Position numbers and translations under genes: made by a program | NCBI GenBank assembly: GCA_012026655.1 | Contig: JAAILG010000406.1 | Span: 1 to 64,000, forward strand | Source: Hydrolagus affinis | Lineage: Eukaryota | DNA length: 64,000 bases | Reading direction: 5' to 3' | Notes under the pieces: model-generated | Seen by the model: the letters and a program-made list of their open reading frames with translations, nothing else | What the model was told of the DNA's origin: nothing | The model's database searches: none | Part shown: positions 38,691 to 51,456 of the stretch, piece after piece | Position numbering within the stretch: position 1 is the stretch's first letter | Layout of the letters: the number at the start of each line of letters is the position of its first letter

Positions 38691-40860
38691 TACGTCACGG
38701 GGGGGGGTGGGAAGAGAGACATTTAGGGTGATGAGGGAGGCTCGGGGCAGCAGCCAAAACACTCACGCAGAGACCAGGAGTAAGTGATCAGCAGGACGAC
38801 ACCAACCCGTGGGCTGTGTGGCCAGGGAGGGATGGGCTGACTGTGACATCAGTCTCACATCACTTTTTAGTTTTTTCGCTGCTGGTCCTCCTTTATTTTC
38901 AGTTCGCTGTGCTTTTATCCCCAATGCTCCTCCCTCCCTCCCTCTCTCCCATCTCTGCTGACTCTACTGTAATACTGTACTACAGGACTGCTACCAATCC
39001 TTGCATTTGATATAGCACTTTTTATGATTTAACATGCTCGAAAAGCACTGTGAAAGGAGTTTCTCTGGGCATCCAAGGCCAACAATCCCTCAGGTGAAAA
39101 CTGCTCAATCATTCACACATTCCATTGTCAAGGTAATATTGTTATTATTGGGGGGGGGGGGTGGGTTGCTCACAAATATAGTTACTTCACTTTAAGTATT
39201 TTCTGTGAAGCGTTTTGAGACGTCTAGAAGATGTGAAAAGCGCTATATCAAATGCAAGGATTATTATTACTGTCACCCTGTGATTTGCTGTATATCTCTC
39301 CCCTTTCCACCTTGTCGTTTATTCCTCTCGTCCTCTCTCCCCGTCAATCTGTCTCCTCACTTCCCCCAGATCTGTTGCCACCCTTATCATTATCTGCCAT
39401 ACTCCTACCTTATCTTTCCCTATTCTTGTAAATTTCCTGTGGTCCATGCTTAATATTCCTCTGCGCTGATAACTGCTCGATCTCGTACAATGAGATGACA
39501 TCCGTTTGCTTTGCATTCAGTCAAGTTCAACGCCCTATTTTGGAAATCTGTGGAAATCTTGTGAAGCTACTCTCGGTTTCTTGTGCAGTGTGTTTAGTGC
39601 CTTTGAACCTGTGTCTTATTGTGGGTTACTTTGTTTCATATTAACAATAATCCTTTTAAAAAATTTTAAATAAATCTGTCGTTTCAATCCACGACTTTGC
39701 GGGACACTGCTGTGCGCAATCGCCTGTCTACGTCCAAGTGCTCTTGCATCTAAAGTGCTAGGGTTGTGTTTGTGTGTGTAAGTGTGTGTGTGAGAGAGAG
39801 GAGGAAAATGGGTTGCCATAGTCACGGAGAGGGTAAAATAGGTGGTTTGATGTTTAATGCTGTAATAACTAGTATTTTTCACTTCCCCAATATTTTCCAG
39901 TGGATGTTTTTCACTGTGTTGTTGACACTTTCTTTGCAGCCAAGGGTTGTCGCCTGTAGATCATCAGTCTGTCAGGCGTTGAAGGCTGCCTTGAAAAGCT
40001 TGTTGATTTAGAGATTGAGAGATCACAGGTGGGCAAAGTCGCAGGGGTAGACATCAAAATCATAAATGAACAGTAATACATTGGCCATTTCAATCCACGG
40101 CTGTTTGTGGGGACACTGCTGTCCGCAATTGGCTGCCGCGTTTGTCCCACGCAATATTCAGTCAATTCATTTTACAGTGAATTCTGTGAAACGTTTTGAA
40201 CTGTCATGATAATGATAAAAATAATAATCTCTACATTTATATAGCGCTTTCCACGTCTTATCGACGTCTCAATGCGCTTCAGAGAATACAACGACGTCCC
40301 AAGGTAGGGACCAGAGCAGGGGGGGGGGGGGGAGGGAGAAGACAAGAGGGAAGAAAGGGGGGAAAAGAGGTATGGACCAGAGCAGTGGCGGAGGAGTCGT
40401 GGTTGGGGAAAGGAAAGTAGGAAAATTGTTATTGTTATTTGATGCATTTTGGCACTATTTCAAAATGCGAGGAAATTCTATTCTTATTCTTAATTCAAAA
40501 GGACCCCTTCCCCAACAATAGCAGGAAATTGACCGATTCAAACTTGGCATTCACGTTGGCGTTCATCACTTTGCTTCCGGTGGACTAGAAAATGAGAAAC
40601 AGGTTGAACGACAAAACGTTACTCTCAGTGTTGTGCGTTTATTGAGCCTTGCGCCTTATTGCGCGTACAGGAATATTATAGGAGAGCAGAAGGAATAAAC
40701 TGGGCGAATCGTACGGGCATTGCCTGGATCACAACGAGATGCTCTTTGCATCGTGCTGATTCGATTGGAAAATGCCTCGGTTTGCAGTGGCAGGGGGCTC
40801 TTCCGCACAGCCGCCCGGAGAGCGTTTGGGAATCCTTTACCAGAGTGTCCGGCGCAAACT

Positions 40861-41022
40861 TCAGGAGTGAGCTGCGAGTCTTAAGCCACCAATAATTGAC
40901 CAAATCAATGTAAAAATGATCAGGAGCACTCCAGTAGCGTTTCCCGCGATGTTGAGTTTCTTGGCAGTGTCAGCGGCGTTCTTGGCCTTTTCCAAATTCC
41001 CAGAATCGAGCGAGTTCTTGGC
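40861..41022 (-). CDS. CD225/dispanin (IFITM-like) gene B, exon 2 (93 aa total)
   Basis: tttatcAG| AKNSLDSGNLEKAKNAADTAKKLNIAGNATGVLLIIFTLIWSIIGGLRLAAHS*; minus-strand AATAAA at 40643-40638. Confidence 0.9.
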   Translation of the reverse strand, partial: AKNSLDSGNLEKAKNAADTAKKLNIAGNATGVLLIIFTLIWSIIGGLRLAAHS

Positions 41023-42527
41023 CTGATAAAGTACAGTTAAACCGTGTTCAGTTACAGGCAATGCAGGATTGACTCATGCGATCCGATTGGAATGAACTAC
41101 AGTTGCCCAGTGTCCTCATCGCAGGTTTCTAAGTAGCTCCAGGGAAGTAAATGACTAAATAAATGAATAGGTTATTATTTGTGGCCCACGTCTATTTCAA
41201 TTTGTCTCTCTCTGCCTTTTCTCTTCAATGGCACTGTGGTAAGAAATAATAACAGTAATAATAATAATAATCCTTGCATTACCAATTCATGACTTGGGGC
41301 CAGTGGTATCTGACCAGGGCTTGTTTGAAGGACCAACAATGAGCGAAAACTGCAATGCTCGTGTAAGATTACTACTTTTGTATCTTGGGGAAGGCCTTAG
41401 ATGACTGTAGGCAGCAGGAAATGCCATGACAAAACATGAAACTGTGAAGTAACATTTCTTCCTGAAAGCCTTGATCCATGTTTAATTGTTTTGCGTAACG
41501 TCCTGCCTGCCTCCCTCCCTTCCTCCGTCCCTTCCCACCCCGTACCCCAACCCTCTACTCTTTTCCCCATCGAACTGACTGCATGGTGAAATGGGTTGGT
41601 GGGATTTAAGATTTGAGAATGAAAATTGACTCGTTCGATCTAGACCGAATGGAGAGTTCACATTGGAAGCGCAAAGAAATCTGATCCAAGTTTCCCCTCA
41701 GTGTTTGAGAGCTGTCTCTGGCTCTTTCCATCTGTTGTTTTGCTGCAGCTTTAGCAGCCTCCAGCGCTGCTGAATCTGACCTGATTCAGATGTGGTTCTG
41801 TGACAGTGCCTAGCTTCAAGAACTCCTCTCTGCTGTTGGTGGTGGGAGGGGGGGGAGGGGGGAATCACTTGGTGCCAACAACGCTAAAGGCAGATTGTCT
41901 GAAGAGGCCCCCGCAAGTAGCTGAGCTCTCAGACAGAGACAAATAGCAAAGTACAGCAACCTTCCCAACACACACGGCAGAGTGGGAGTGTTTGATTCAA
42001 AGACTGATTCGATGTTGCTTCAGCTGCTCGGAGGTCCACAAGAAACTACAACAGAGCAGGTTGAGGGGACATCGCTCACTCGCTCACTCGCTCGATCGCT
42101 CGATCGCTCGGTCAATCAACAACCCAGGAAAATGCCGCAGTTCTACATCCAACTTGCACTCAATGCATTCCGTGTTTGGTTTGAGTGTCACATCAAGGGT
42201 TATTTGCGCGGTTCGTTTTGCCCGAGAGTGGGGCGAAAGACCAACGCAAAATGACCGCGTTGAGTCTGTTGCGAAACGATTCGGGGCATAAACCCCGGCA
42301 ACTTGAAAGCCATGGAAGGCGACACACCGGGAGATCGGCGAAGTCCGCACACTTTGCCTGACAACAGCCATGACAAACTTGCATTGATGCAGTGCTCGGT
42401 GCAATGCCACACGCACTATGCTCTCGGCATCCAAATGACACTCGAGGAATGGCGAGGTTAAACGTCTCCTTGCCGAGATTTGCTGTAACCGTCGAGGAGA
42501 AAAACAATCATAAAATGGACAGCTAAC

Positions 42528-42647
42528 CTGACAGGAGTAAATCAGCGCAGCTATTCCCAGCGGAAAGCAGCAGCACAGCATATTAATAACGGACCAGATT
42601 AAATAGTCTGTTACTTTTGAAGCTAGTGACCTTTCTTTGCTCTCCAT
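42528..42647 (-). CDS. CD225/dispanin (IFITM-like) gene B, exon 1
   Basis: aagATGg: MESKERSLASKVTDYLIWSVINMLCCCFPLGIAALIYSCQ; donor CAG|GTTAGC, phase 0. Confidence 0.9.
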
Positions 42648-45600
42648 CTTCGGCTGATCTTCCCGGCGGCTGGGGGAAAAAAGCGACCTTTCGAAGAGTT
42701 CTGGGCACTTGTTTCCTCAGACTTTACGCTGCTCCTTTTGTGGCCCGCTGCCATCCGGGAAAAAAAACTAGGCAAAGAAAACGCAGAGAAAAGTCATAAC
42801 ATCAAAATTCAGGTCGGACAAAAAAAAGCACAAGTAAAAAAAAAAAAAAACTCCTTTTCAACAATGCATCAGTGGGGGAATCTTTAACTCGAACAGGCAA
42901 ACGGTACCTCAGCATTTTACATCAGGCAGGAAATTGCTTTGTCAAACTGAGGACAAGGCTTTGCGAGAGGAATAAACTGTTCGAGTCGTGTTCCAATTCA
43001 CCCTCATCGCTCTTCTTAAGCTCGAGGGAAAACCATGATAGTTCCCGCAATTATACACGTCAACTTTCAGCTGAGGTGCTAACCCAGTCAATGCTCGAAA
43101 GGCTTCGACTAAATATCTCTAAGCCCTTTATGACATCCTCCTAAACTAAACATTGTATGAATATAAATTGTATCATTGTACAAGAACAATAGTTTTACGC
43201 TTGTATAGGGCCCTTTATGTCGGGAGGACAGCCAATATTTCAGACCCGAGCTGGGGTTGGGATTGAGAAGTGATGGAGTGGGGAAAGGGGTTTGACCGAA
43301 GGAACGATCAAAGAGGAGGGTCTTGAGGCGGGACTTGAAAGAGTTTAGGGAGGAGCCGAGGTAGAGCAATTGGCAAAATAATGTAAGATCATAAACACAC
43401 TGTAAAAGGGAAACAGGAAATTCCAATTTCCATCTTATCGTAGCCTCTTATCTTGAAAACTATTTTGTCTTAAAATTACAATCATTAAAAAAACAATTGT
43501 TTTGAGTGTTTAGACCCTTCATTTGGAAACTGGCTTAGAATAATAATAATCCTTGCATTTGAGATAAACATGTTTATCATTTTATTAGGCTTGTATTCTT
43601 CTTATTATTATTTTTCTTCTAATGATCTTGCTTTTCTCTCACACATACTCTCCACAATTGGCAAACAGGCCTTCAGCCCCCACCAGCTGGAATTCCATCC
43701 TGCAGTCCCTCTGCCTCGTCTCGCCCCATCCCTTGTCTCCTTCTTGCCTCAAGGCCCTCCTCTTTGCCCGATCAACCTCCCTTCCCCCAGCACTGCCCTC
43801 CACTCTCCCCAATTGTCAGAGGTGCCGTGGTTGAATAATAATAATAATAATTCTTGCAATTGATATAGCACCTTATCACGTCTTCGAGACTTGATCAAAG
43901 AGCTTCACAGAGTCTACGGTCAAGTGAATTGACTGTGAATTTCGTGGACAAAATGTTTGTATGGGAAGCTAAAACTAAGTCCTATCTGAGCCTGTGTTTA
44001 AGTTAAATATTCCGTGCATTATTCGAAGTGATGAGGGAATTTCTCCCGGTGCCCTAGCCAACAAACAGATAAAATGGGTCACAATTGTGTGTGAGAAACT
44101 GCTGTGTGTAAATTTGGCTGCCTAAAAAATGCATATTGGCTGCACATTTGCAGAAACTCTGTGAAGCTTTTTGAGATGTTCCAAGTATTCCAGGAGTTAT
44201 ATCAAATGCATTGATTGTTCAGTTAAATCAATGGAAGCAAAGGTTAAGTATTCATTGGGTTGCAAGGAAGTGGCCAGCAGATTGCCTCAGGGGTCATTGC
44301 TCGGATATCTCTTGTTTACTCGCAGTGGTGTCCTGGCCAACAATTCCCCAGATTAAACAAAAAAGCGGTCGTTCACTTCACAGTTGCGTGTGGGACATTG
44401 CTGTGAATGAATTGGGTGCCGAATTTGCCTACAGAATACGCAGTCTACAGAAAATGCTTTAAGGGTACTGTGAAAAATGAAACAATTACTATTCTTATTA
44501 TTAATAACCCTTGCATTTTCACATCTCAAAACGCTTTGCTCTTTGACTGTTTGTTCAATCATCCTTTCCTCCCCTTCCACCCACCCCTCCACCAGCTTGG
44601 GTCTAATTGGTTACATCTAGGCTCGACTTCGCCAATTTCCTGCTTATCAGCCTTCCTAACTCTTCCCTCCACAAGCTGATCCAGAACTCTGAAGCTCATG
44701 TCCTCTCCCGCATATGACCATGTCACTGCCCACCACCGTCACCCAGCTCTACTGTCCCCCGCCCACCCTATCCATTTATATATATAATAATATATTATTG
44801 TATATAAGTAAGATATATGAAGCATTTTGAGACGTGTTGAAGACATGAAAAGCGCTATATCAAATGCAAGGATTATTATTATTATCCACCAGGACAGGTC
44901 CTCAAAATCCTCATCCTCGCTATCAAAGCCCTCCACACCCTTGTTCCTTCCTACCTCTGTGATCTGCTAAAGCCAGATCAACTTTCAGCCACTACGCCCC
45001 GAAGCTTTGGAACTCTCTCCCTCAATCCCCCTGCCTTGTATCTTCCTCCCATCTCTTAGATCATGACTGAAGAACTTCCTCTTCGACCAAGCTTCAGGTT
45101 CTGCCACTATTCAGCAGGACGCTGCCCCTTATATAGCACCTTGGGATGTCCTCCCAACGTGAAAGGCACTATACAAGTGTGTTGTTGTTGTAGTAGTAAA
45201 GGGCCATATATAAATGCAAGCTGTTATTGTTATACCACCTCTTCGGTGCCATTACCTGACTTGGTTAATCTTGTCTTTAGTCGATCAAAGCTTTTTATTT
45301 TGCATATTTCCCAATCGATCGCCTTATCGTTCCTGTTCTTCTGCTGGTGTCTAAACCGTCAGTTTTATCTCGTTCAAAAATCGTCCTGTTCACATTCTGG
45401 AACTCAACTCGTTTAAAACGTCAGCATTCCGGATTCCGGTCCTTCAGCTAAAATCGCTTCTTGGTGTGGTCGAACCTGAGCTTGTGAGCTACCTTCATAA
45501 TATCTACAACCACAACAACAAAATGATATCCGGAGTCGACCACAAATCACTTGAACAGTATATTCTGTGAAGCGGTTGAGACGTCCAGAAGATGTGAAAA

Positions 45601-46773
45601 GCGCTGTATCCAACGCAAGGATTATTATCATCATTACCCATCAACCCATGTCGCCTTCAGGCTTATCTACTTTAGTGAACCCAGCTAGAGACAGGAAACC
45701 TACTCAAGTTTGCAACCAGTGACTGGAAACTATTTGCCAGGAAGTGTGGTTGAGGTCGGGACAGTGAACTCATTTGATATAAAACATGGTTTATTGTCGT
45801 GATGGTAGGTACAATCCTCCAATAGTCTGACCAGCTGAAGCTACATAGTCTGCCATTGATATCATTGTCTGGTAAACTTTCCCACTGCTTATCCAGCTAC
45901 AGCATGATGACTTTGGCTTTGGCTCGATGACTTTGGCTTGCATGGTTAAGAGGAGCTGAGTGGGAGGATTTCCTGCCCCCATTGACTGGTTTGCCCTTCC
46001 AGGTCCTGCAGATAAGCTGCATACTGCATATATTATATATATATAACATATATGTATACATTATATATATTTCTAGCTTAGGTTGAAGCCCTTTGAGATA
46101 CTGTGAAGGTACTAAAATGCTCTAACATGCCAGGATTATTATGACATATGTATATATAATAAATACACAGTATGCATCCTGACCTGAAAGGCGCCAGTAT
46201 ATCACAGAATATACCGACCAACGCAACAGATACTCAGAATGATCCCTTTTAGCCATTACATGCTGTGTAGTTTTTGACTGCTTGTCTGTAGCTTTAATGC
46301 ATGCATTTTACATCCACCTAATGTACACACAGAGGGGGCCAAGTTTAACTTATCCAAAGGATTGGGGTCTCCCAACAACGAGGGGCTCCCACCACCCCGC
46401 CCACCCCCCCACACCACCCCACCCACCCTCGTGCTTTATCAGATGTTGACCCCAGCAACTCAAGTGTAAAGATTATTATGTCACCCAAATGGGGTTGATC
46501 CAAGAACGCAGGCAATTGAGGCAAACTGAGAGTAGCGAACCCTCCTCTCCCACTTCCCTATTGCTCTTTTAAAGGGGGAAAAAAATGAGCTAAATTTCAG
46601 TTTGTGTCCGAGGTATTGGTACTAAATGTTGGTATTGCCAAAATTTGCACACCCAAAGTGGCTGATTAACTGATCAATATTTCATATTGGAGTCATCTAA
46701 TCCAGAGAAAGAGAGAGAAAGAGAGAGAGATAAGAGACAGAGAGCAAACTGAAAACAGGCCAAGATGTATATA

Positions 46774-46980
46774 CGGTAAAAGCCCGTTTATCCAGCACCC
46801 AATCAACCGAAACTTCGGTATAACCGGCATCGCAAAAAAAAAAAGGTCCTCATTCGATAATGAATTCGGAATTTATCCAGAAAAATGCACTTTTTGTTTG
46901 CGTTTTCGGACGAATATCCAGCAGGCGCTATAACCGGCATTGGCCAGGTCCCGAGGGTGCCAGATAAACCGGCTTTTTCT
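46774..46980. mobile_element. Tc1/pogo(Tigger)-like MITE
   Basis: TA|CGGTAAAAGCCCGTTTATCCAGCACCC at the left and GGGTGCCAGATAAACCGGCTTTT at the right form imperfect terminal inverted repeats. Confidence 0.7.
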
Positions 46981-49900
46981 TTAAAAGGACAAAAATATGT
47001 CCATTCATTGGGCAATGTGAGAATTCTTTCTTAAGACGATCTTGCCAATGAGACTAAAAAGGGGAAGGGAGTTTCTCTCGGTGCCCTGGCCAACAAGCTC
47101 CCAGAATAAAAGTAGGCCATCAATTTCACGAGACCTTGTGGTGTACAATGTTTGCCAATCACAACAGACTTTGAAATGTTTCCTGTGAAACATTTTGCGA
47201 TGTGCGATAAGGTACAACAGTATATTGAATGCAAGATGCATTGTATTATTAATCACGCTGTACAATATTAATCTGGTATAAAATTATTTAATTGTCTCAA
47301 AATGAAAACAAAAGGTCCATAATCGGGGTTAGTTCAGCTGAATTTTGGAAAGCAACAAATTTGGACTATGATAAATAAATCTATAAAAAACATCAGTATT
47401 CGCTTCCCACACCAGAAATAGTCAATCCAAGGAAAAAAAATAATTTCTCTGGATCTGCAGGCAATCTAAAGGTTGAAAATCAGATATTGCTATGAATTTG
47501 AAAGGACATTTTCGCAACTTAAGTGTAAATTTCTTTACTAAATAATGAGATTGCCAGGATAGCATATTTTCAAGCAATACATAAGGGACACTTGGAAGGA
47601 AATTAAGTAATCGCTGATATCTGAATTAATATCTCAGCGGGTATACCAAAACATGAGTAGCACAAACATGATTGTGCAATAGTATTAGCTAGTCTTTAAA
47701 TATGTCAGGTAATCTGGATACCATTCCAAACAGCCACTGCCTGCAGAGTCTGAATGAATTGTAAGTATAAAGTTAGCATTATTGGTTTACATTATTGGTT
47801 TACTAGAATATCATTAACTTTATCTAGAGCGCATCCGAACTCCCAAGTCTCTTTGCCCTGCAAGGTACTGGAATTAATATACATACATACACATATATTA
47901 TATATATATGTATATATGTGTGTGTGTGTATTCTCTCCATTTTTTTCTGTCAAATTGAACTACCTCACACTTTTCTTAATTTTTTAACTTTAACTGCCAC
48001 TGTTCGGCCCATTGCTCAAATCTATTTACATCTTCCTGCGCCTCTTGTCATCCTCCTCACTGTTCACTCGACCACCCATCGTTACAGCATCTGCAAGCAT
48101 TCATTCTGAATCCCCTGTGACTTAAGTCTGCTTCCTTTGCTGTAAATTTTTTTTGGAATAAAGTATTTATTCCGGTTGCAAGATGCAACATGTCAAGATG
48201 ATGTCCCAAAGCATATTCACAGTCATGAGATTGGCGTAGGAGCCAAGATATGTTGGGGAGAGTATAGTTTATATGGTATATAGTTTTTACAGAGTATAGT
48301 TTAGGACATATGGATGGTGAGGGGGGACTGGATGAACCTTGGTCTTCTTTGTCTAATGATTCTCATGTTCTTATGAGGAGAAACACAACTGAAAGTGCAG
48401 TCAGAGGGAGCGAGGGAGGGAGTGAGTGAGACAGAGGGACTCGGGGACAAAGTTCCATTGAATGGAAGCAGAAGTTCCATGGTCGACTCGGGTGTGGGAC
48501 ATGAAGCAGGCCAGTATCCGCTGAGTAAGCCATTCAAAAGCAATTAAGAATTTTAAGGGCTGAATTTTGCCTACTTTAGCGATTCCCACACGAATACCAA
48601 CTAAAATATTTTGCTCTGCTGTCCTGCTGTGAAAAACACATCTGGATCCGGAGACATCTGTTTATTAAAATGGACGGTGAAACTGAATTTGAAGCAAATA
48701 CTGTTGGATTGACAGTAATGAGCTTTGCTTCTGTGTTCGCCTACGAAGCCCACAGTTACTACACTTTAAGGCCGTGATGACTTTGAGACATCCTCTCGAA
48801 GTGAAAGGCCCTTTTTAGCAAATGTAAACAATTTTATTATTCTTATTATTAGGAATAATTATTAGGAATTATTATTAGAAAATGTCTTGTTTGCATTGGT
48901 GGAAATATATTCCGAAAAAAAACACAATGATCCACTTCAACAGCTCCGAGACGCTGTTGTTAATTGACACAAATAATAAGAGACACAATTAATCATAGGT
49001 ACATTGCATCCCGAATAATAACTCCATCACGATGAAATGAGATACAATTACACAGAAGTGAAAGTTTATTATGCTGTACAATGTACTGTTTCATACATCG
49101 CATGTAATAATGCAAAGAGCAACAGAAAGAAAAGGAGCGCACAGTGTGAATGTATAAGTTTTAAAAATATCTGTCATGAAGTCTTGACTTAAACTCTTGT
49201 TTCAACAACATCAACATTACACACGCAGGTTGCTGCAAAGAAATACTCTCTGATTAATGCTTAAGCACTGAACCCAATAAAACAAGTATCCTGTTTCCTT
49301 TGTTTACCACGAACGAGTAACCGGAGTTGATTTCCAAGGGTCCGAACCCAGCTGCAAACCAAAGCAGGAGTCAGGCAACGAGAAAAAAACATCACTGTCT
49401 ATGCAGGATTTTTAATGCTTTGCAAAATCAAAGTTGCAATCGAATGTGACATTTTTATGTGCTTTGAAAGTCATCTTTTATGTCAACCACATGTGTTATT
49501 GTGTGAATTGCCTGTCACAAAGCCTCGTATCCTTCTGCCCGATCATAATAATCATTGCATTTGACACAGTGCCATATCATGTCATTGAGATGCTTCAATA
49601 ATAAGACTAATAATAATAATAAGTTAGTCACTTCAATCCACTACTGTTCGTGGGACACTGCTGGGCGCAATTGGCTGCCACGTTTCGCCCATAAAATATA
49701 CATTCAATTCACTTTATGCCTTGAGATGTACTCCAGATGTGAAAGGCTCTATACAAATGTAATTTTGTTGTTTACAGTATATTTTCTGATGCGCTTTGAG
49801 ACGTCTCGAAAACGTGACAAGGCTCTATATCAAACACAATGATTATTCTCATTATTTATTCAAAGCGCAGGACAGGGTTTTACTGTGAAGTGTAGTGACT

Positions 49901-50025
49901 GTGTATTTGTGAGCCAATCTGTTCCACGAACTGCCAGGAAGTGAGTGACCAGATCGTGATAACACAATCATTGGAGTATCATTATTAAGGTTTTAATAAG
50001 TAATCTGTTTGGTCACTTGGGAGGT

Positions 50026-50166
50026 CTACGACCAATACAATCTATATACGATTACAATAGTAAAAACGATAACTCCTATGATTGTTGAAGCTGTGTTTAC
50101 CCATTGGGTGACGTGAGATATGCGTCTTGCTTTCTCTAATTCACCGTTTGAAATGGCAATGTCAAC
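50026..50166 (-). CDS. CD225/dispanin (IFITM-like) gene C, exon 2 (82 aa total)
   Basis: tttttAG| VDIAISNGELEKARRISHVTQWVNTASTIIGVIVFTIVIVYRLYWS*; aligns with exon 2 of A, B and D. Absent from the ORF track. Confidence 0.85.
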   Translation of the reverse strand, partial: VDIAISNGELEKARRISHVTQWVNTASTIIGVIVFTIVIVYRLYWS

Positions 50167-51348
50167 CTAAAAATACAAAGAAAGCAGATTCATTGTCCGA
50201 ATACCATATACCACGCCAACTGGTCGTATTATTATTGTTATTACATAATAGTTCTCCTTATGTTTGATGTTGCGCCTTATCACACCTTTGAGATGTCTTG
50301 AAGCGCTTCATAGAATATACTCTAAAGTGAATTAGCTGCACTTTCTCTGGGCGAAACGCAGCAGCCAATTCTGCAGTTGGAGGTAACAGTTCCTTTGCTT
50401 TTGATATTGTGGAACTTCAGTTCGTCGAAACATCCCGAAGCACTTCGCCGGCTGTAGTGTAAAATCTAGCGACTGTCTATTTTATAGGTGAACGTCGCAG
50501 CCAATTTGCGGACACCAATGTCACACAAAGCAGCCATGAAGTTGAACGACCGATTTTATCTGGGGGGATTGTTGTCCTGGACTCCAAAAAAAACTACCAT
50601 CTCTTTTTCAGATCCTTAACGTGTACTGAACTGGCAGACAGGACTGCGATCTTAACAACAAGCGCAAGGATTATTTCAAATCAAGAATTACTATCTCATC
50701 CCAAGGCGCTGAACAGTCAGGTAGGGACCAGAGCAGGGGAGGAAGGGGGTCGGGGTAGGGGGAAGGAGAGTAGGAAAGTTGACTGTATAATTGTGGGCGA
50801 AACCCGGCAGCCAAATTGCGCACAGCAGTGTCCCACAAATAGTCATGGAGGTGGGGTTAGGGGAGAAAGGGGGGAAACAGGGTAAGGTGAAGGGTCGGGG
50901 TAGGGGGAAGGAGAGCAGGAAAACCGACTGTATATTTGTGGATAAAACGCGGTAGCCAAATTGCGCACAGCAGTGCCCCACAAGGAGATCCCAAGACATC
51001 ATTCAAAACGAGAAAGGAATTTATCTTGATGTCTTGGCCAACAATTCCCCAGATAATATGGGTCACTAACCCGTAATAATATGGCTGTTTATGGGATTTT
51101 ACTGTGTATAAATTGACTCACAGATACACAGCTCACTGCATCAAAGCCAAAACTTTCAGCTGGTTTGATACAAATAATAATGATGATGGTATTAATGACT
51201 GTTGTTGTAAGTCATTTCACCTGCAGAACACACAGTCACTAACTACACTTTCCAGTATATCCTATAAAGTGCTTTGAGACGTCACAGAGACGCGATGAGA
51301 ATCTATATCAAATGGTTTATTGTTATTATTATTATTAATTGAACTCAC

Positions 51349-51456
51349 TTTACAGGAGAGAATCAGTGCAACTATTCCAAGTGGAAAAAAGCAGAAGAGC
51401 AGAGTGCAAACAGACCAGCTCATGTATGTTGGCACTCGTTCTTCAATGTATTCCAT
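51349..51456 (-). CDS. CD225/dispanin (IFITM-like) gene C, exon 1
   Basis: aagATGg at 51456: MEYIEERVPTYMSWSVCTLLFCFFPLGIVALILSCK; donor AAA|GTGAGT, phase 0. Confidence 0.87.

Noticed and set aside
42084-42527. 187-aa ORF extending gene B exon 1
   Set aside because: CD225 similarity stops at the phase-0 donor shared by all paralogues; the rest is intron read-through.
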